Shown here: piece after piece, positions 25,610-36,788 of the stretch | Position numbering within the stretch: the first letter of the stretch is position 1 | Layout of the letters: each line of letters opens with the position of its first letter | From: Pavona decussata | Lineage: Eukaryota | Reading direction: 5' to 3' | Assembly: GCA_977016875.1 (NCBI GenBank) | Contig: CDRNST010000011.1 | Span: 992,001 to 1,056,000, forward strand | Length of the DNA stretch: 64,000 bases | Notes under the pieces: model-generated | Databases searched by the model: none | The model's input: only the letters and a program-made list of their open reading frames with translations | What the model was told of the DNA's origin: nothing | Made by a program: the position numbers and the translations under genes

Positions 25610-25978
25610 GAAGTTGTGAGAGTATTCCTTTGTTCTTGATATTTTTAGGAACTCTGCAGAATCACTGCAGCCTCACAAAATATTTTAAGCTGTTATTTAT
25701 ATCAATGAACGAAGAGTCTATTGAGAGCTTTAAAAAGAGATCTCAAATATGGTGTTTTGATCACTGTAAGCCAAGTTTCGATATTTTCGTCATGCGGTCC
25801 TTAAAACAGCGAAGTTATTATGCTTAATTAAATTTGTGCATGGTATGATCATCTTCCCGACACGTGTACTGTGTGGAAATCAATACCATCTGTTTAATGA
25901 AACATTTTTCACGAAAAAGCTAACACATTGATTTGTATTCCCTAAAGAAAGCGTGAAAAGGAGGAGCTGTAAAAGAGG
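25610..25978 (+). repeat. Dispersed repeat, copy 1 (copy 2 at 52878-53269)
   Basis: About 370 bp of high identity in direct orientation; shared pseudo-ORF text KYFKLLFISMNEES.ESFKKRSQ.WCFDHCKPSFDIF. Confidence 0.9.
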
Positions 25979-26729
25979 TGTAATTGTGATTCACTGTAAG
26001 CAAACCGGTATTTGATGTTGGGCACTTTGTTTATTACGAGTGAAGACGCGGCCAATAATAATTAAGTTTATGTTTCTAAATTACTTGCTCCTAGCAAAGA
26101 GATTCCAAAATATCAAACCAAAAAAGGAACAAATAAAGAGAACAGGGAAACTCAGCATGGAAGTCGCATTCTGATTATACTTAATGACGCATTGACAAAC
26201 AATAACATTAGCTCTTTGGCCTATGTATCACACGCTCTTTTTGACCTTATTTACATTTTATATACAGTGATCCTCTAAGTAATTTTTAGCTGAAAAGTGA
26301 GAATCTTTTACAGAACGCTGTAAACAAATCGGCAAATCCATGTATCTGTTTAGCGAACGGAATTTGTTTATTGATTGTTCGTTAGTTTGCAGGATGGGAA
26401 GTTGCTTTGTAAAAGTCTCGATCCTGAAGCGGCGCGTCGCAAGTCGATGTGATCATGGTGATTCATTTCTCTAGCTTTCCCAGGGAAAGATAAAATATCT
26501 CACTTACTTCAAAGAGTTTGCGATCTTCGGAAACATGCCTTATTGTCGACAAAAGAGAGAACAATAGCTTGAATATATGAATACTTAACGACATCAAAAT
26601 TTGGGGTACACACTTAAATCGGCGTGAAGTTGTAATGCATACTTACTGACACTGAAAAGATCCTTCAACATCATTCATTGTATCAGAGAGAGAGGGAAAC
26701 GGTCCTGATTTTTTTTAGACCCCACCTTC

Positions 26730-29223
26730 AAACCAGGTTGGGTTCCAACTCTACCTTGCTAACAGAATCCCTTTCCAATACTAAATACTAATGAAAATGG
26801 ACTGTCACAGACAATGTGGAAGGTGCTGCATGGACTTGAGTTTGCTGAAAGTACTGCATGACTCGAATTTATTAATTACTCACCCATCAATGCATCCATG
26901 AATACAGAAGCCAAAATCAATGGTTTCATTTTATCATAGCCATCTATGTGCCACAGACAGTTTGGGCCCTGTTTGGAAAAAAATCAGCACGTAAGCGATT
27001 AAACCAGCCTCCCTCCACCACTTTTGTCAATATAATGCATAACCATAATATTTCTTTCAAATGGAACTACACCTTGCAAAAATACTTATGATGGTTGAGC
27101 CTGTTTCTTCCTCCTTGTGACTCCCTCAGGATCAAGACAACATAGGGCAATTCGTACAGTTTCCCTAACAGGAGAAAAAAGAATAACACCCCGGCGTTGA
27201 AATAACGACTTCTAATAAACACAAGCTAAGGACCTTCTGAAATAAAACTGACATGGACCTATCTACAACCAAGCCGTGGTTGGTTGTTATCCTCTGATGC
27301 ATTTGTCTATATCCGACTGATTGGCCACTTCTGAAAGCTCTGCCTGAGAAAGCAAATTACAGAAAATCTCTGTAATACTCTATAAGTATCCCCCTGGCTA
27401 TGAATACAAGCCTCTAAATCCCGGAGCTTTACCAGCTACCAGCTCACACTGAATGACAGTACAGCTTCATCATACGTGTAGGTTTACGAGTTCTAACACT
27501 ACCTACAACAGAGATGGTACCACTGAGATACCCAGACAGTTAAATAAATAATGCGTTCTATTTGAAGGCCTAACAAACAGTTCAATAATTGAACTGACTG
27601 CCAGAGGAATAATTTATTAAAAGACAAAAAACAAAACAAAAACGGGATATGATAGTGTGGGCGGGGGTGGGGGCTGGTCAATACATTATAACTAATGTAT
27701 AAAAGAAGGAAAAAAAATTATCAAACCAACTTCTACTGCTTCTACAACTGAGTCCAAGTCTAAGGCCTTTGCCCTTCGATGCTGGTGAATAACACGCTTA
27801 AGATGGCGAACTAATATTTAAAAAGAGGCAAATCGTAATTAGTTCCCATTAAAAAGCTGATTCCCTGCAGACTGAATACTACATTATTTACATTAATTAT
27901 ACATGCATAACTAACATAATAACCCTCTTCCAAAAACTGCAAGAATGAATAGAGTTTGAGTCACAAAAAAATACATACAGTAAATAGCATATGAAGCTGT
28001 GGAGAAATCTTGCCCAATTCTTACCTACCGTAATGATTCGATTTAGCGCCCTCCTTCCAATAAGCGCCCCCTTCCAAATAAGGGCCAGCCTTCGAATGTG
28101 CTTTTGTTAATAAGCGCCCCTATTGTAACAAGCGCCGCCTATTCTAATATTATTACAGAGCCTTCAGAGTATGTATCAAACGTGGTTTATCTTCCTTTAA
28201 TAGCTGACATACGCAATAATGTATTACAAAAAACAGTGGTCTTCATCTGAGTTTCTCAACTGTAATGTCCATGTGAGTACATGTATACCGTTTATTACTG
28301 CTAAAATGAACAATTTTTTTTTACAAGCAACTGGTGTTTCCACGATTTATTATTGTTTCAGTTTCTGTTATTGTTAGTCACTGTAGATAAAATCATGAAC
28401 ATTCACTGTACCGTACATGTATATTTGTTACTGCTAAAATGAACAATTCTTTTAAAAGAAACTGAACTTTCAACGATTTGTTACTGTTACGGTTTCTGTT
28501 ATTGTTAGGTATTTTAATATTTATTACAGTTTTGTTGTGAACATTAGATTGTTTCTCAAAAAATTAAATAAGCGCCCTGTCCCGAATAAGCACCCTCCCT
28601 TGGGGTACCAAAAGTAAATAAATGCCCGGGGCGCTAAATTGAATCATTACAGTAATTGCAATTCCATGAACAAGGTTCAGAAAAGCAGCGATCTCAGCAT
28701 ATTGAAATCCTTGTCGGAAATATCCTTCTATCAGTGTATTTCCTTTTAACGACACAAATTAAGTTGAAGATGTTAAGAAAGCGACCGAAATAACCTAAAT
28801 ATCAATCCAACAACCTTCTAACTGATAAGTATATTGAGCACTGATGTTTCGTGCAGTAAGGATACTTTCACGCTGGGCATTTGAGAATAGCACTGGTATG
28901 TACCTGGGAAGAACAGCATCAACACAATTTGTCATATCAAGAAGAAAAACCACACAAATTCCAATAAATACAAGCATCTCCATTTTCCAACGTAGAAACC
29001 AGTGATAAGGAATAGTCACGTGGCGTAAAAACACGTGGTACCTATCTCACATTTTTTATCTCCCATCTCGCATTTTTTATCGTGCATCTCGCATTTTCAT
29101 CTCGCATCTCGCATTTTTTATCTTGCTTCTCATATTTTTATCTCGCATCTCATTTTCTATCTCTCACTTACCCTAAATTTTTTTTTTCATCTACAACTTG
29201 CATCTTCCTTACAGGCTTCCATA
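26730..29223 (-). mobile_element. IS3EU-type DNA transposon 5' part with intron-rich transposase pseudogene
   Basis: Minus-strand terminus TATGGAAGCC at 29223 and subterminal ATCTCGCATT repeats (29045-29160). Exons LIEGYFRQGFQYAEIAAFLNLVHGIAI | VRHLKR | VGYRQMHQRITTNHGLVVDR | ETVRIAL..LDPEGV | GPNCLWHIDGYDKMKP..FCIHGCIDG. Confidence 0.75.
28028..28652. mobile_element. Tc1/mariner (pogo-like) MITE inserted at an exon end of the IS3EU transposase
   Basis: TA TSD (28026-27, 28653-54); TIR CCGTAATGATTCGATTTAGCGCCC; repeated AATAAGCGCCC subterminal motifs. Confidence 0.8.
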
Positions 29224-29778
29224 GTTATCATAGGCGGAGACTTTAATTGCCCTTTAGATCCCACCATGGAAAAAAAGGGCGGGATTTTAATCCCTTGACA
29301 ACATGTGATTAATGCTATTGAAAATATTCAGAATGAATTTAGTCTCCATGATGTTTGGCTTGTGAAGAATCCAAATACTCGTAGCTTCACGTGGAGCAAA
29401 TGTCTCCTTGCACTTTTTGTAGACTTGACTACTGGCTGATTTCAGACAGCTTGCATGATTTAGTTACACAGGTCGACATTTTAGCCTCAATTAAAACTGA
29501 CCACTCCTCAATAGTACCAGAACTCTAAATATTCAAGATGCCTGTAGAGGACCAGGTTTTTGGAAGTTGAACTCTTCTTTACTATCCAGGCTGGATTTCG
29601 TAGACCTGATTAATAACGAATTTCATGTTTGGTCGGAGGAGGCTAAAGATCTATCAAGCGCTAGGTCTAAATGGGACTGGATAAAGTTCAATATTAGAAC
29701 GAGCTCAATTGCCTATTCAAAACAGCTTAAAAGGGACTGTAAAAAGCGGGAAGAGGAACTTAATAATTATTCTAAATA
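29224..29778 (+). mobile_element. L1/Tx1-like LINE ORF2, endonuclease part
   Basis: VIIGGDFNCPLD, FTWS, RLDYWLIS, KTDHS, GPGFWKLNSSLL, WDWIKFNIR. Continues at 38569. Confidence 0.8.
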
Positions 29779-29797
29779 CAGTTGAACCTGTCCTAAG

Positions 29798-30338
29798 TGT
29801 CACGGCGGCATTGCGCGTGACACTGCGTGACATGACAGAAACTTACGTTGCGATGGCTTGGGACCGAGCGGTCCCGGATGACCACGCTAGTTGAACGTTT
29901 CAGAACGTTTTCGCTGAGTTAGTACTTTGAGTTGAACATTTCTACGGCTAAAAGGTATCAAGGAACAGATTAAGGACTAAGGTTTATGTCATTAACGGAA
30001 CAAGGACACAGATGTAAGTTTTCAGAGTAACTGTTTTGCTTTATTGTATTGTAATTTCGTATCGCACCGAGCTCGCCTTTGTAATAATAGGTTTTCTGTT
30101 TTTCTTTAGTTTTCTTTACCGCATCTCAACGCGTCGCATCGCATTGCATCGCATCAGTTACATCGCTAGTACGTTCCCATTGCATTATCAAGGCATTATT
30201 CACAAGGAATCTTTTGTAAGGAATCTGGGAATCAATCAATGGTAGCGTGTACAAGAATTTCTGTGAATTAAAGTTAAGTTGTGTTTACAATGTACGGCTC
30301 ATCGATTTGCAAGGTCCTGAGGCAGCTCTGCCGCCTCA
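29798..30338 (+). repeat. 5' LTR of the BEL/Pao element
   Basis: TGTCACGGCGG...GCCGCCTCA; matches 36789-37329; ATTAAA at 30267-30272. Confidence 0.95.
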
Positions 30339-30468
30339 TTTCGTAAAGAAAAATCTACACATCAGCATTCTACGTGTTTCGAAGGAGTTATTTGCTTAAT
30401 TTACGTCGACTTTGTTTGGATTTTATTGGATTTGTCAAAGAATTGTGGCGGGTTGATTCGCTTCATGT

Positions 30469-33400
30469 ATGGCCCAAACTAGTTCCCAGGATCACACGGA
30501 CGGCTTCAATGTTCCAGGCAACTTTGAGGCTTTCGAAGAAGAAAACACTGAAAGGAAATCGGAGGAACAACTTCCAAGTCAATCTTCGAACACTGGCGAA
30601 CTACAAGATTCTCTAGGGCCCCGAAGCCGCAATTTGACAGAAAAGGGTCTAGAAGAAAAGCGTAACAGACAAAAACAGCGATACACAAATGCTCTGCGAT
30701 CTGTATCCCGAAAAAGAACTGAGGTGTCCCAGCTAATGGTCGACGTCAACAACTTGCACCTGGTAAAGAATGAAACATCAAAATTGAATGACCTTATTGA
30801 ACAGTACAGAGAAGCCTTTTCATCTTATTTCGAATTGTTAACCGATGAAGAAGATAAAGACTATGAACATGTCCATTATGAGGCTAAGGTCGAAGACATT
30901 ACGGCATATTTACAACCATTACACGCTTGGATATCACAGGCCGAGGCCCGCTTGACGGATCAGCTAGATGCAAGAAGTAGCAAAGGATCTGAACGACCGT
31001 CCAAAGCAAGTTCGAAGTTGTCCGCAAGAGACCGAGAGAGAGTCCGTCTAGCAGAGTTAAAGGCTGAAAGATCAATGCTTAAACGAAAACAGGCTCTTCG
31101 TGCTGCAGGAGAAGACTTGGAACTTGAGATGGAAATAGCAAAGACCGAAGCGAGGGAGAAGGCATTGAGTGAAATTGGTAAGGAACACGAGGCTCCCCCA
31201 CCTCCACTTGACTCAGGTCCACCGTCAGTGGCTGCCTCATTTACACCTATTGCATTAAGGCCTACAGCAAAATCATCACCCGACAACGTTGCCGTGAGTC
31301 GCAAGCCGCTTGGCTCCTCTGCCACCACTGAGATGACGCCAGCTATAAATACGGAGGTTAGCAGCTCCCCCAAGAATCCCAAGGCAACAGATTTCGCCCC
31401 TGGCATGTTCGCAGGTGGAATTTCATCAACACCGTTGACCGGTAATGGTCTCAGGGAAACTTCTAAGGAAAGCAGTCATGGAGTCTCTGAAGCTCAGTCC
31501 CCTCAGCTAGCAGAACGTACCCTTCAAAATGTTATAGAGTTACAGCAGAAGCAAAATGAGACAATTATTGCGACGCACCAACAGTTAACGGCTGCTATGA
31601 CACTGCCTCAACCAACAATAACTAAGTTCACAGGTGACCCAATCGAGTACAAGACCTTTGTTATGGCCTTTGATACACGTATCCGCTCCAAGGCAACCAC
31701 CAGTTCTGATCTTTTGTATTATCTAAATCAGCATCTTGAAGGTGAACCGGCAGACCTTATTCAAGGATGTTTACACATGGCCCCAGAAGCAGGTTACACG
31801 GAAGCCAGACGACTGCTTCAGAAAGAATACGGGGACCCGTACAAGATTTCTACTGCTTACCTGAACAAAATCATCCACTGGGCTCCTGTTAGATATGACG
31901 ACAACCAAGGCTTGAAGCGACTGTCAATATTCTTGACAAAGTGTAACATTGCTATGAAGAGTATTTCATACATGCGTGTGCTCGATCATGCACCAAATAT
32001 GCAGTCGGTGGTCTCCAAGCTTCCTGCCAACTTGCAAGCTAAATGGAGAGATCAGGTGTTAAAGAAGAAGAGAAGGGAAGATGGTGTATCATGTTTTGCA
32101 GATCTTGCTGAATTCGTGGAGTATGCGTCTGAGTCTGCCAATGACCCAGTGTTCGGCAAAGAAGCCCTGAGCAAGAGTAAGGAAGATGTTAAACCCAAAG
32201 AAAAGGAACCGCCCAGTAAGGGAAAAAGGCCACCAAGGAAACCAGTAGTGCCATGGAGACAAAAGGAAACCAGTTTTGTGACGACACCACTCGGAGCCGT
32301 CAAGCCTCCAGCTGTATACGGGGCCGGGCCTCCAAGTAACTATGGTCACCCCCCATGTCACCTTTGCAGCCGTACTCATGATTTGGATGACTGTGATTTA
32401 TTCAACAAGAAGACACCAGAACTTAAGAGAGCCTTCTTGAGGGAAAGAAACATGTGTTTTGGATGCTACGGAACGAACCACATCTCAAGGAACTGCCCAA
32501 ACAGACGGAAATGTAAATACTGTGGACGACTGCATCCCTCAGCCCTTCACATAAGTGGGTTCCAAATTCCACCAAGGGACAATAGTAAACAAGAGAATGA
32601 CAAGGCAGTAGGCAATGCCTGCACCAACCTTCAATCAACCTCCTGTAATACCGCTAGACCTGCAGAATCAGTTGTGCTTCATGCCATTCTACCAGTACGT
32701 GTAAAGAAGAAAGGCAGCAATGAGACTATCACCACGTATGCCTTCTATGACAATGGCAGCAGTGGTTGCTTTCTAACTGAGAGTCTTAGAGAGAAGATGG
32801 CCGTTGATGGCGAAAGGACACAGTTACAGCTGGGCACCATGCACGGCCAAAGCTTGATAACTACCACTGTTGTCTCCGACTTGGTGGTGACAGACATGGA
32901 AGGCAAGAATCCAGTTGAGTTACCACAGTCTTACACGAGATTCGAGATACCAGTGACCGAACAGCAGATTCCTACCCCTGAGGAAGTCAAACGGTGGGAG
33001 CATCTTCGCAGTGTTGCTGAGAAGATACCAGAGTTCATACCAAACTTAGAGATTGGCCTATTAATCGGCAGTAATTGTCCTGCAGCTATGGAACCTCTAG
33101 AGGTTGTACCAAGTGGTGACAAGGGACCATATGCAATGCGATTGCACCATGGCTGGACTCTGTCTGGGCCTTTGTATGTCGAGAACATTTCAAGTCCTAG
33201 CAATGTTACTTGCCACAGAATCACGGTACGGGAAGTGGAGTCAGTCAAAGAGGTGATATCACCCCAAGCCATACAGCAAATGTTTGAACTAGATTTCATT
33301 GATCACAAGTCTAGCCCTGATGAATACGGCTACTCCCAAGAGGACGAGAAGTTCATCAGCAGGATAAAGGAAAATGTCCACCATCGCGACGGCCATTATG

Positions 33401-36400
33401 TAATACCACTTCCATTCAGAGACCCTCAGGTGACAATGCCAAACAACCGGGTACAAGCGCTGAAACGAGCAACTTGGCAGAGAAAGAAGATGTTACGTGA
33501 TGAGAGCTACCGAAATGACTATGTCAACTTTGTGAATGAAATGATTGCAAAGGGTTATGCACAACGAGTGCCAGATGACCGTCTGGAAGCTAGCCCTGGC
33601 AAAGTATGGTACCTACCGCACCACGGTATCTACCACCCTAGGAAGCCTCAGAAGATACGTGTGGTCTTCGACTGTAGCGCTAGACACGAAGGCACTTCCT
33701 TGAACGACCAACTAATGTCAGGCCCTGATCTTACCAACTCTCTGGTTGGAGTTCTTACACGCTTTCGCCAAGAGCCCGTGGCATTCATGGCTGATATAGA
33801 AGCAATGTTTCACCAGGTTCAAGTGCCCGATGACCAGCGTGACTTCCTCAGGTTCCTATGGTGGCCCGATGGCAATTTGGAGTTGCCCATCCAAGAATAT
33901 CAAATGACAGTGCACCTCTTCGGGGCAGCCTCCTCCCCAAGCTGTTGCAACTTTGCATTGAAGGAGACTGCTAAGGACACGGAACCCGCAAGTGGTCCAC
34001 TTGCAGCAGATACTATCCGCAGACATTTCTATGTAGATGATTGTCTTCGTTCAGTTGAAGATGAACAGACGGCCATTGAGCTTATCCAAGGTCTACGCCA
34101 AGCATGCCAGCACGGGGGTTTCAATTTGACAAAGTTTATAAGCAATAGTCGTGCTGTTCTAGAATCTGTCCCAACGGAGAAGCGTTCTAAGGAAGCTAGA
34201 GACCTTGATCTGGGTTACGACCGCCTGCCTGTTGAACGTGCCCTTGGTGTGCAATGGTGCGTGGAATCTGATGTCTTCGAGTTTCGTATAGTTGTTAATG
34301 ATAAGCCGCCGACAAGAAGGGGCATCTTATCTGTTATCTCGTCAGTTTATGACCCATTGGGCTTTGCCTCGCCATTCACGCTTCCAGCCAAGAAGATACT
34401 TCAGGACCTTTGTCGTGAAGATATCGGATGGGATGACACCATTCCTGATCAGTACCAAACTAGATGGGCCAAGTGGCTAAGTGAGCTTCCTCTGCTAGAG
34501 AGATTCAAGGTAAACAGGTGTGTCAAGCCGCCAGAATTTGGAACCGTGACCTCCCAGCAGGTGCATCTCTTCTCCGATGCAAGTTCTATGGGATATGGAA
34601 CTGTTGCTTATCTTCGGTTGTGTGATGAAAGCAATCGTATTCACTGTACATTCCTAATGGGGAAAGCACGTCTTGCTCCGATCAAGTCAGTCACAATACC
34701 GCGTCTTGAGCTGACAGCTGCTACCATATCCATTCGAGTTGGAGAAATGTTGAAAAGAGAGGTTGATGGTGACCCAGAGTTCGTGTACCATACAAATTCC
34801 ACTACTGTGCTGCGCTATATTGCTAATGAACGGCAACGGTTTCATGTGTTTGTAGCAAACCGGGTTCAGCTTATCCGTGATCATTCGCACCTGAATCAGT
34901 GGAAGTATGTGGACTCTAAGGAGAATCCGGCAGATGATGCTTCAAGAGGCCTTAATGGACCTTCTCTTTTAGAAGGGCAGCGTTGGTTAGAAGGTCCAGA
35001 ATTCTTATGGAAACCCGAGAGCGAGTGGCCGCAACAACCATTCACGTTGGGCCAAGTCCCAGATGATGATCCAGAAGTAAGGAAGGTAACGACAAGCAGT
35101 GCAGTCAGCATTAGTCAGGTGGATAACGCCACAATCAAGCTGATCAATAGTTTTTCTGATTGGCATCGTTTGCGAAGGGCGGTAGCTGTGTTCCTGAGAG
35201 TTAAGGAGACATTGCGAAAGAGGCGTAACGAACGTTTAGATGTCAAGAGTGGAGCCACAAGTGGCGACAGAAACCTTGCAGACCAGAGACCACCTGCAAC
35301 GACCAAGACAGCCAAGTTTAAGAGTGCCTTAGAGTCACACTCACCTCTTACTGTGCAAGATCTAGCGACAGCTGAATTAGCTATTGTGAAGTTTGTTCAG
35401 GCTTCAGCCTTTAGCAAGGAAATCCACGCTCTCAAGGAAGGCGAGAAGAATAAGCTGCAAGGGCAGAAGAAAGGAGGTATAAAGAATGACAGTCCCATTC
35501 GTCGCCTCGACCCTTTCCTAGACAAGGGTATCCTCAGAGTTGGAGGTCGACTCAGACGTGCAGATTTGCCACTCGAGACGAAGCACCCAGCAATTTTACC
35601 GCGAAAGAGTCATGTTACCACTTTACTCATTCGGCACGCTCAGAAACGGTTGGGCCATGCTGGACGTAGCCACGTCATTGCAAACCTTCGAGAGAGGTAT
35701 TGGATCATCAAAGTTAATGCAGCAGTGCGCCATGTACTCTCAAAGTGTGTCTTCTGCCGCCGCAACCACGGCAAGCCAGGCGAGCAAAAGATGGCTGATC
35801 TACCCAGGGATCGCATCTCTCCAGCGCCACCATTTACATATACGGGTGTTGACTATTTTGGCCCCTTCTTGATTAAGGAAGGACGCAAGGAAGTGAAGAG
35901 GTATGGCGCCCTCTTCACCTGTTTGGTCAGCCGAGCAGTTCATATCGAAGTCGCAAGTACGCTCGAGTCAAGTTCATTTATTCAAGCACTTCGGCGCTTC
36001 ATTGCACGACGTGGTCCAGTGAGGGAAATGAGAAGCGACAACGGCTCAAATTTTGTTGGTGCACACAATGAACTGCTCCAAGCTATACAAGAGATGGATC
36101 ATGAAGAAATCAGAGCCAAGTTACAGAGAGAAAACATTGATTGGATCTTTAACCCACCCGCCGCCAGCCACATGGGCGGCGTGTGGGAGCGTCAGATCAA
36201 GTCTACAAGGAAGATTCTTGCTGGCTTAATGGATGAGTATGGTCATTGCTTGGATGAAGAGTCGTTCCGCACCCTCATGTGTGAAGTTGAGGCTGTTATT
36301 AACTCTAGGCCCTTGACGACAGTGTCTGGAGAACCCGACGATCTTGAACCGCTTACTCCCAATCATATCCTGACGACCAAGTCAACTGTCATCCTGCCAC

Positions 36401-36759
36401 CCCCAGGGGAGTTCCAGAAAAATGACGTATACATGCGTCGTCGATGGCGAAGGGTGCAATATTTGGCAAATCTATTTTGGACTCGGTGGAAGAAGGAGTA
36501 CCTCGTCGTGATGCAGGAAAGGCGCAAATGGCAACATCCCCAGCGTAGCCTGGTAGAAGGGGATGTCGTGATAATCCGAGAAGAGAATGTCCCACGTAAT
36601 GCCTGGTCGTTGGCCCTCGTTGTGCGAGTAGAGCCGGATGCCCAAGGCCTTGTCAGATCTGTTGTCGTCAAAACGCGAGAAACTATGCTTAGAAGACCAA
36701 TCAACAAGCTTGTCCTGATCCTGCCCAAAGAGGAACAGGAAGGAGATCAGAAGAAGTAA
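30469..36759 (+). CDS. gag-pol: BEL/Pao Gag-Pol polyprotein (gag with Cys knuckles, aspartic protease, RT, RNase H, integrase), 2096 aa
   Basis: CHLC..HDLDDC / CFGC..H..RNC / CKYC..HPSALH; YDNGSSGCF; WYLPHH, RVVFDCSA, ADIEAMF, FYVDD; FSDAS..PRLEL; VDYFGP, SDNGSNF, GGVWERQI. Domain order PR-RT-RH-IN. Confidence 0.95.
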   Translation: MAQTSSQDHTDGFNVPGNFEAFEEENTERKSEEQLPSQSSNTGELQDSLGPRSRNLTEKGLEEKRNRQKQRYTNALRSVSRKRTEVSQLMVDVNNLHLVKNETSKLNDLIEQYREAFSSYFELLTDEEDKDYEHVHYEAKVEDITAYLQPLHAWISQAEARLTDQLDARSSKGSERPSKASSKLSARDRERVRLAELKAERSMLKRKQALRAAGEDLELEMEIAKTEAREKALSEIGKEHEAPPPPLDSGPPSVAASFTPIALRPTAKSSPDNVAVSRKPLGSSATTEMTPAINTEVSSSPKNPKATDFAPGMFAGGISSTPLTGNGLRETSKESSHGVSEAQSPQLAERTLQNVIELQQKQNETIIATHQQLTAAMTLPQPTITKFTGDPIEYKTFVMAFDTRIRSKATTSSDLLYYLNQHLEGEPADLIQGCLHMAPEAGYTEARRLLQKEYGDPYKISTAYLNKIIHWAPVRYDDNQGLKRLSIFLTKCNIAMKSISYMRVLDHAPNMQSVVSKLPANLQAKWRDQVLKKKRREDGVSCFADLAEFVEYASESANDPVFGKEALSKSKEDVKPKEKEPPSKGKRPPRKPVVPWRQKETSFVTTPLGAVKPPAVYGAGPPSNYGHPPCHLCSRTHDLDDCDLFNKKTPELKRAFLRERNMCFGCYGTNHISRNCPNRRKCKYCGRLHPSALHISGFQIPPRDNSKQENDKAVGNACTNLQSTSCNTARPAESVVLHAILPVRVKKKGSNETITTYAFYDNGSSGCFLTESLREKMAVDGERTQLQLGTMHGQSLITTTVVSDLVVTDMEGKNPVELPQSYTRFEIPVTEQQIPTPEEVKRWEHLRSVAEKIPEFIPNLEIGLLIGSNCPAAMEPLEVVPSGDKGPYAMRLHHGWTLSGPLYVENISSPSNVTCHRITVREVESVKEVISPQAIQQMFELDFIDHKSSPDEYGYSQEDEKFISRIKENVHHRDGHYVIPLPFRDPQVTMPNNRVQALKRATWQRKKMLRDESYRNDYVNFVNEMIAKGYAQRVPDDRLEASPGKVWYLPHHGIYHPRKPQKIRVVFDCSARHEGTSLNDQLMSGPDLTNSLVGVLTRFRQEPVAFMADIEAMFHQVQVPDDQRDFLRFLWWPDGNLELPIQEYQMTVHLFGAASSPSCCNFALKETAKDTEPASGPLAADTIRRHFYVDDCLRSVEDEQTAIELIQGLRQACQHGGFNLTKFISNSRAVLESVPTEKRSKEARDLDLGYDRLPVERALGVQWCVESDVFEFRIVVNDKPPTRRGILSVISSVYDPLGFASPFTLPAKKILQDLCREDIGWDDTIPDQYQTRWAKWLSELPLLERFKVNRCVKPPEFGTVTSQQVHLFSDASSMGYGTVAYLRLCDESNRIHCTFLMGKARLAPIKSVTIPRLELTAATISIRVGEMLKREVDGDPEFVYHTNSTTVLRYIANERQRFHVFVANRVQLIRDHSHLNQWKYVDSKENPADDASRGLNGPSLLEGQRWLEGPEFLWKPESEWPQQPFTLGQVPDDDPEVRKVTTSSAVSISQVDNATIKLINSFSDWHRLRRAVAVFLRVKETLRKRRNERLDVKSGATSGDRNLADQRPPATTKTAKFKSALESHSPLTVQDLATAELAIVKFVQASAFSKEIHALKEGEKNKLQGQKKGGIKNDSPIRRLDPFLDKGILRVGGRLRRADLPLETKHPAILPRKSHVTTLLIRHAQKRLGHAGRSHVIANLRERYWIIKVNAAVRHVLSKCVFCRRNHGKPGEQKMADLPRDRISPAPPFTYTGVDYFGPFLIKEGRKEVKRYGALFTCLVSRAVHIEVASTLESSSFIQALRRFIARRGPVREMRSDNGSNFVGAHNELLQAIQEMDHEEIRAKLQRENIDWIFNPPAASHMGGVWERQIKSTRKILAGLMDEYGHCLDEESFRTLMCEVEAVINSRPLTTVSGEPDDLEPLTPNHILTTKSTVILPPPGEFQKNDVYMRRRWRRVQYLANLFWTRWKKEYLVVMQERRKWQHPQRSLVEGDVVIIREENVPRNAWSLALVVRVEPDAQGLVRSVVVKTRETMLRRPINKLVLILPKEEQEGDQKK

Positions 36760-36788
36760 ACGCCCCGCGGACGTTTAGGGGCCGGGAA

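Noticed and set aside
30960-36728. Antisense and alternate-frame ORFs within gag-pol
   Set aside because: Shadow ORFs of the long coding strand with no motifs.
36760-36788. env gene in the BEL element
   Set aside because: Only 29 bp separate the gag-pol stop from the 3' LTR.
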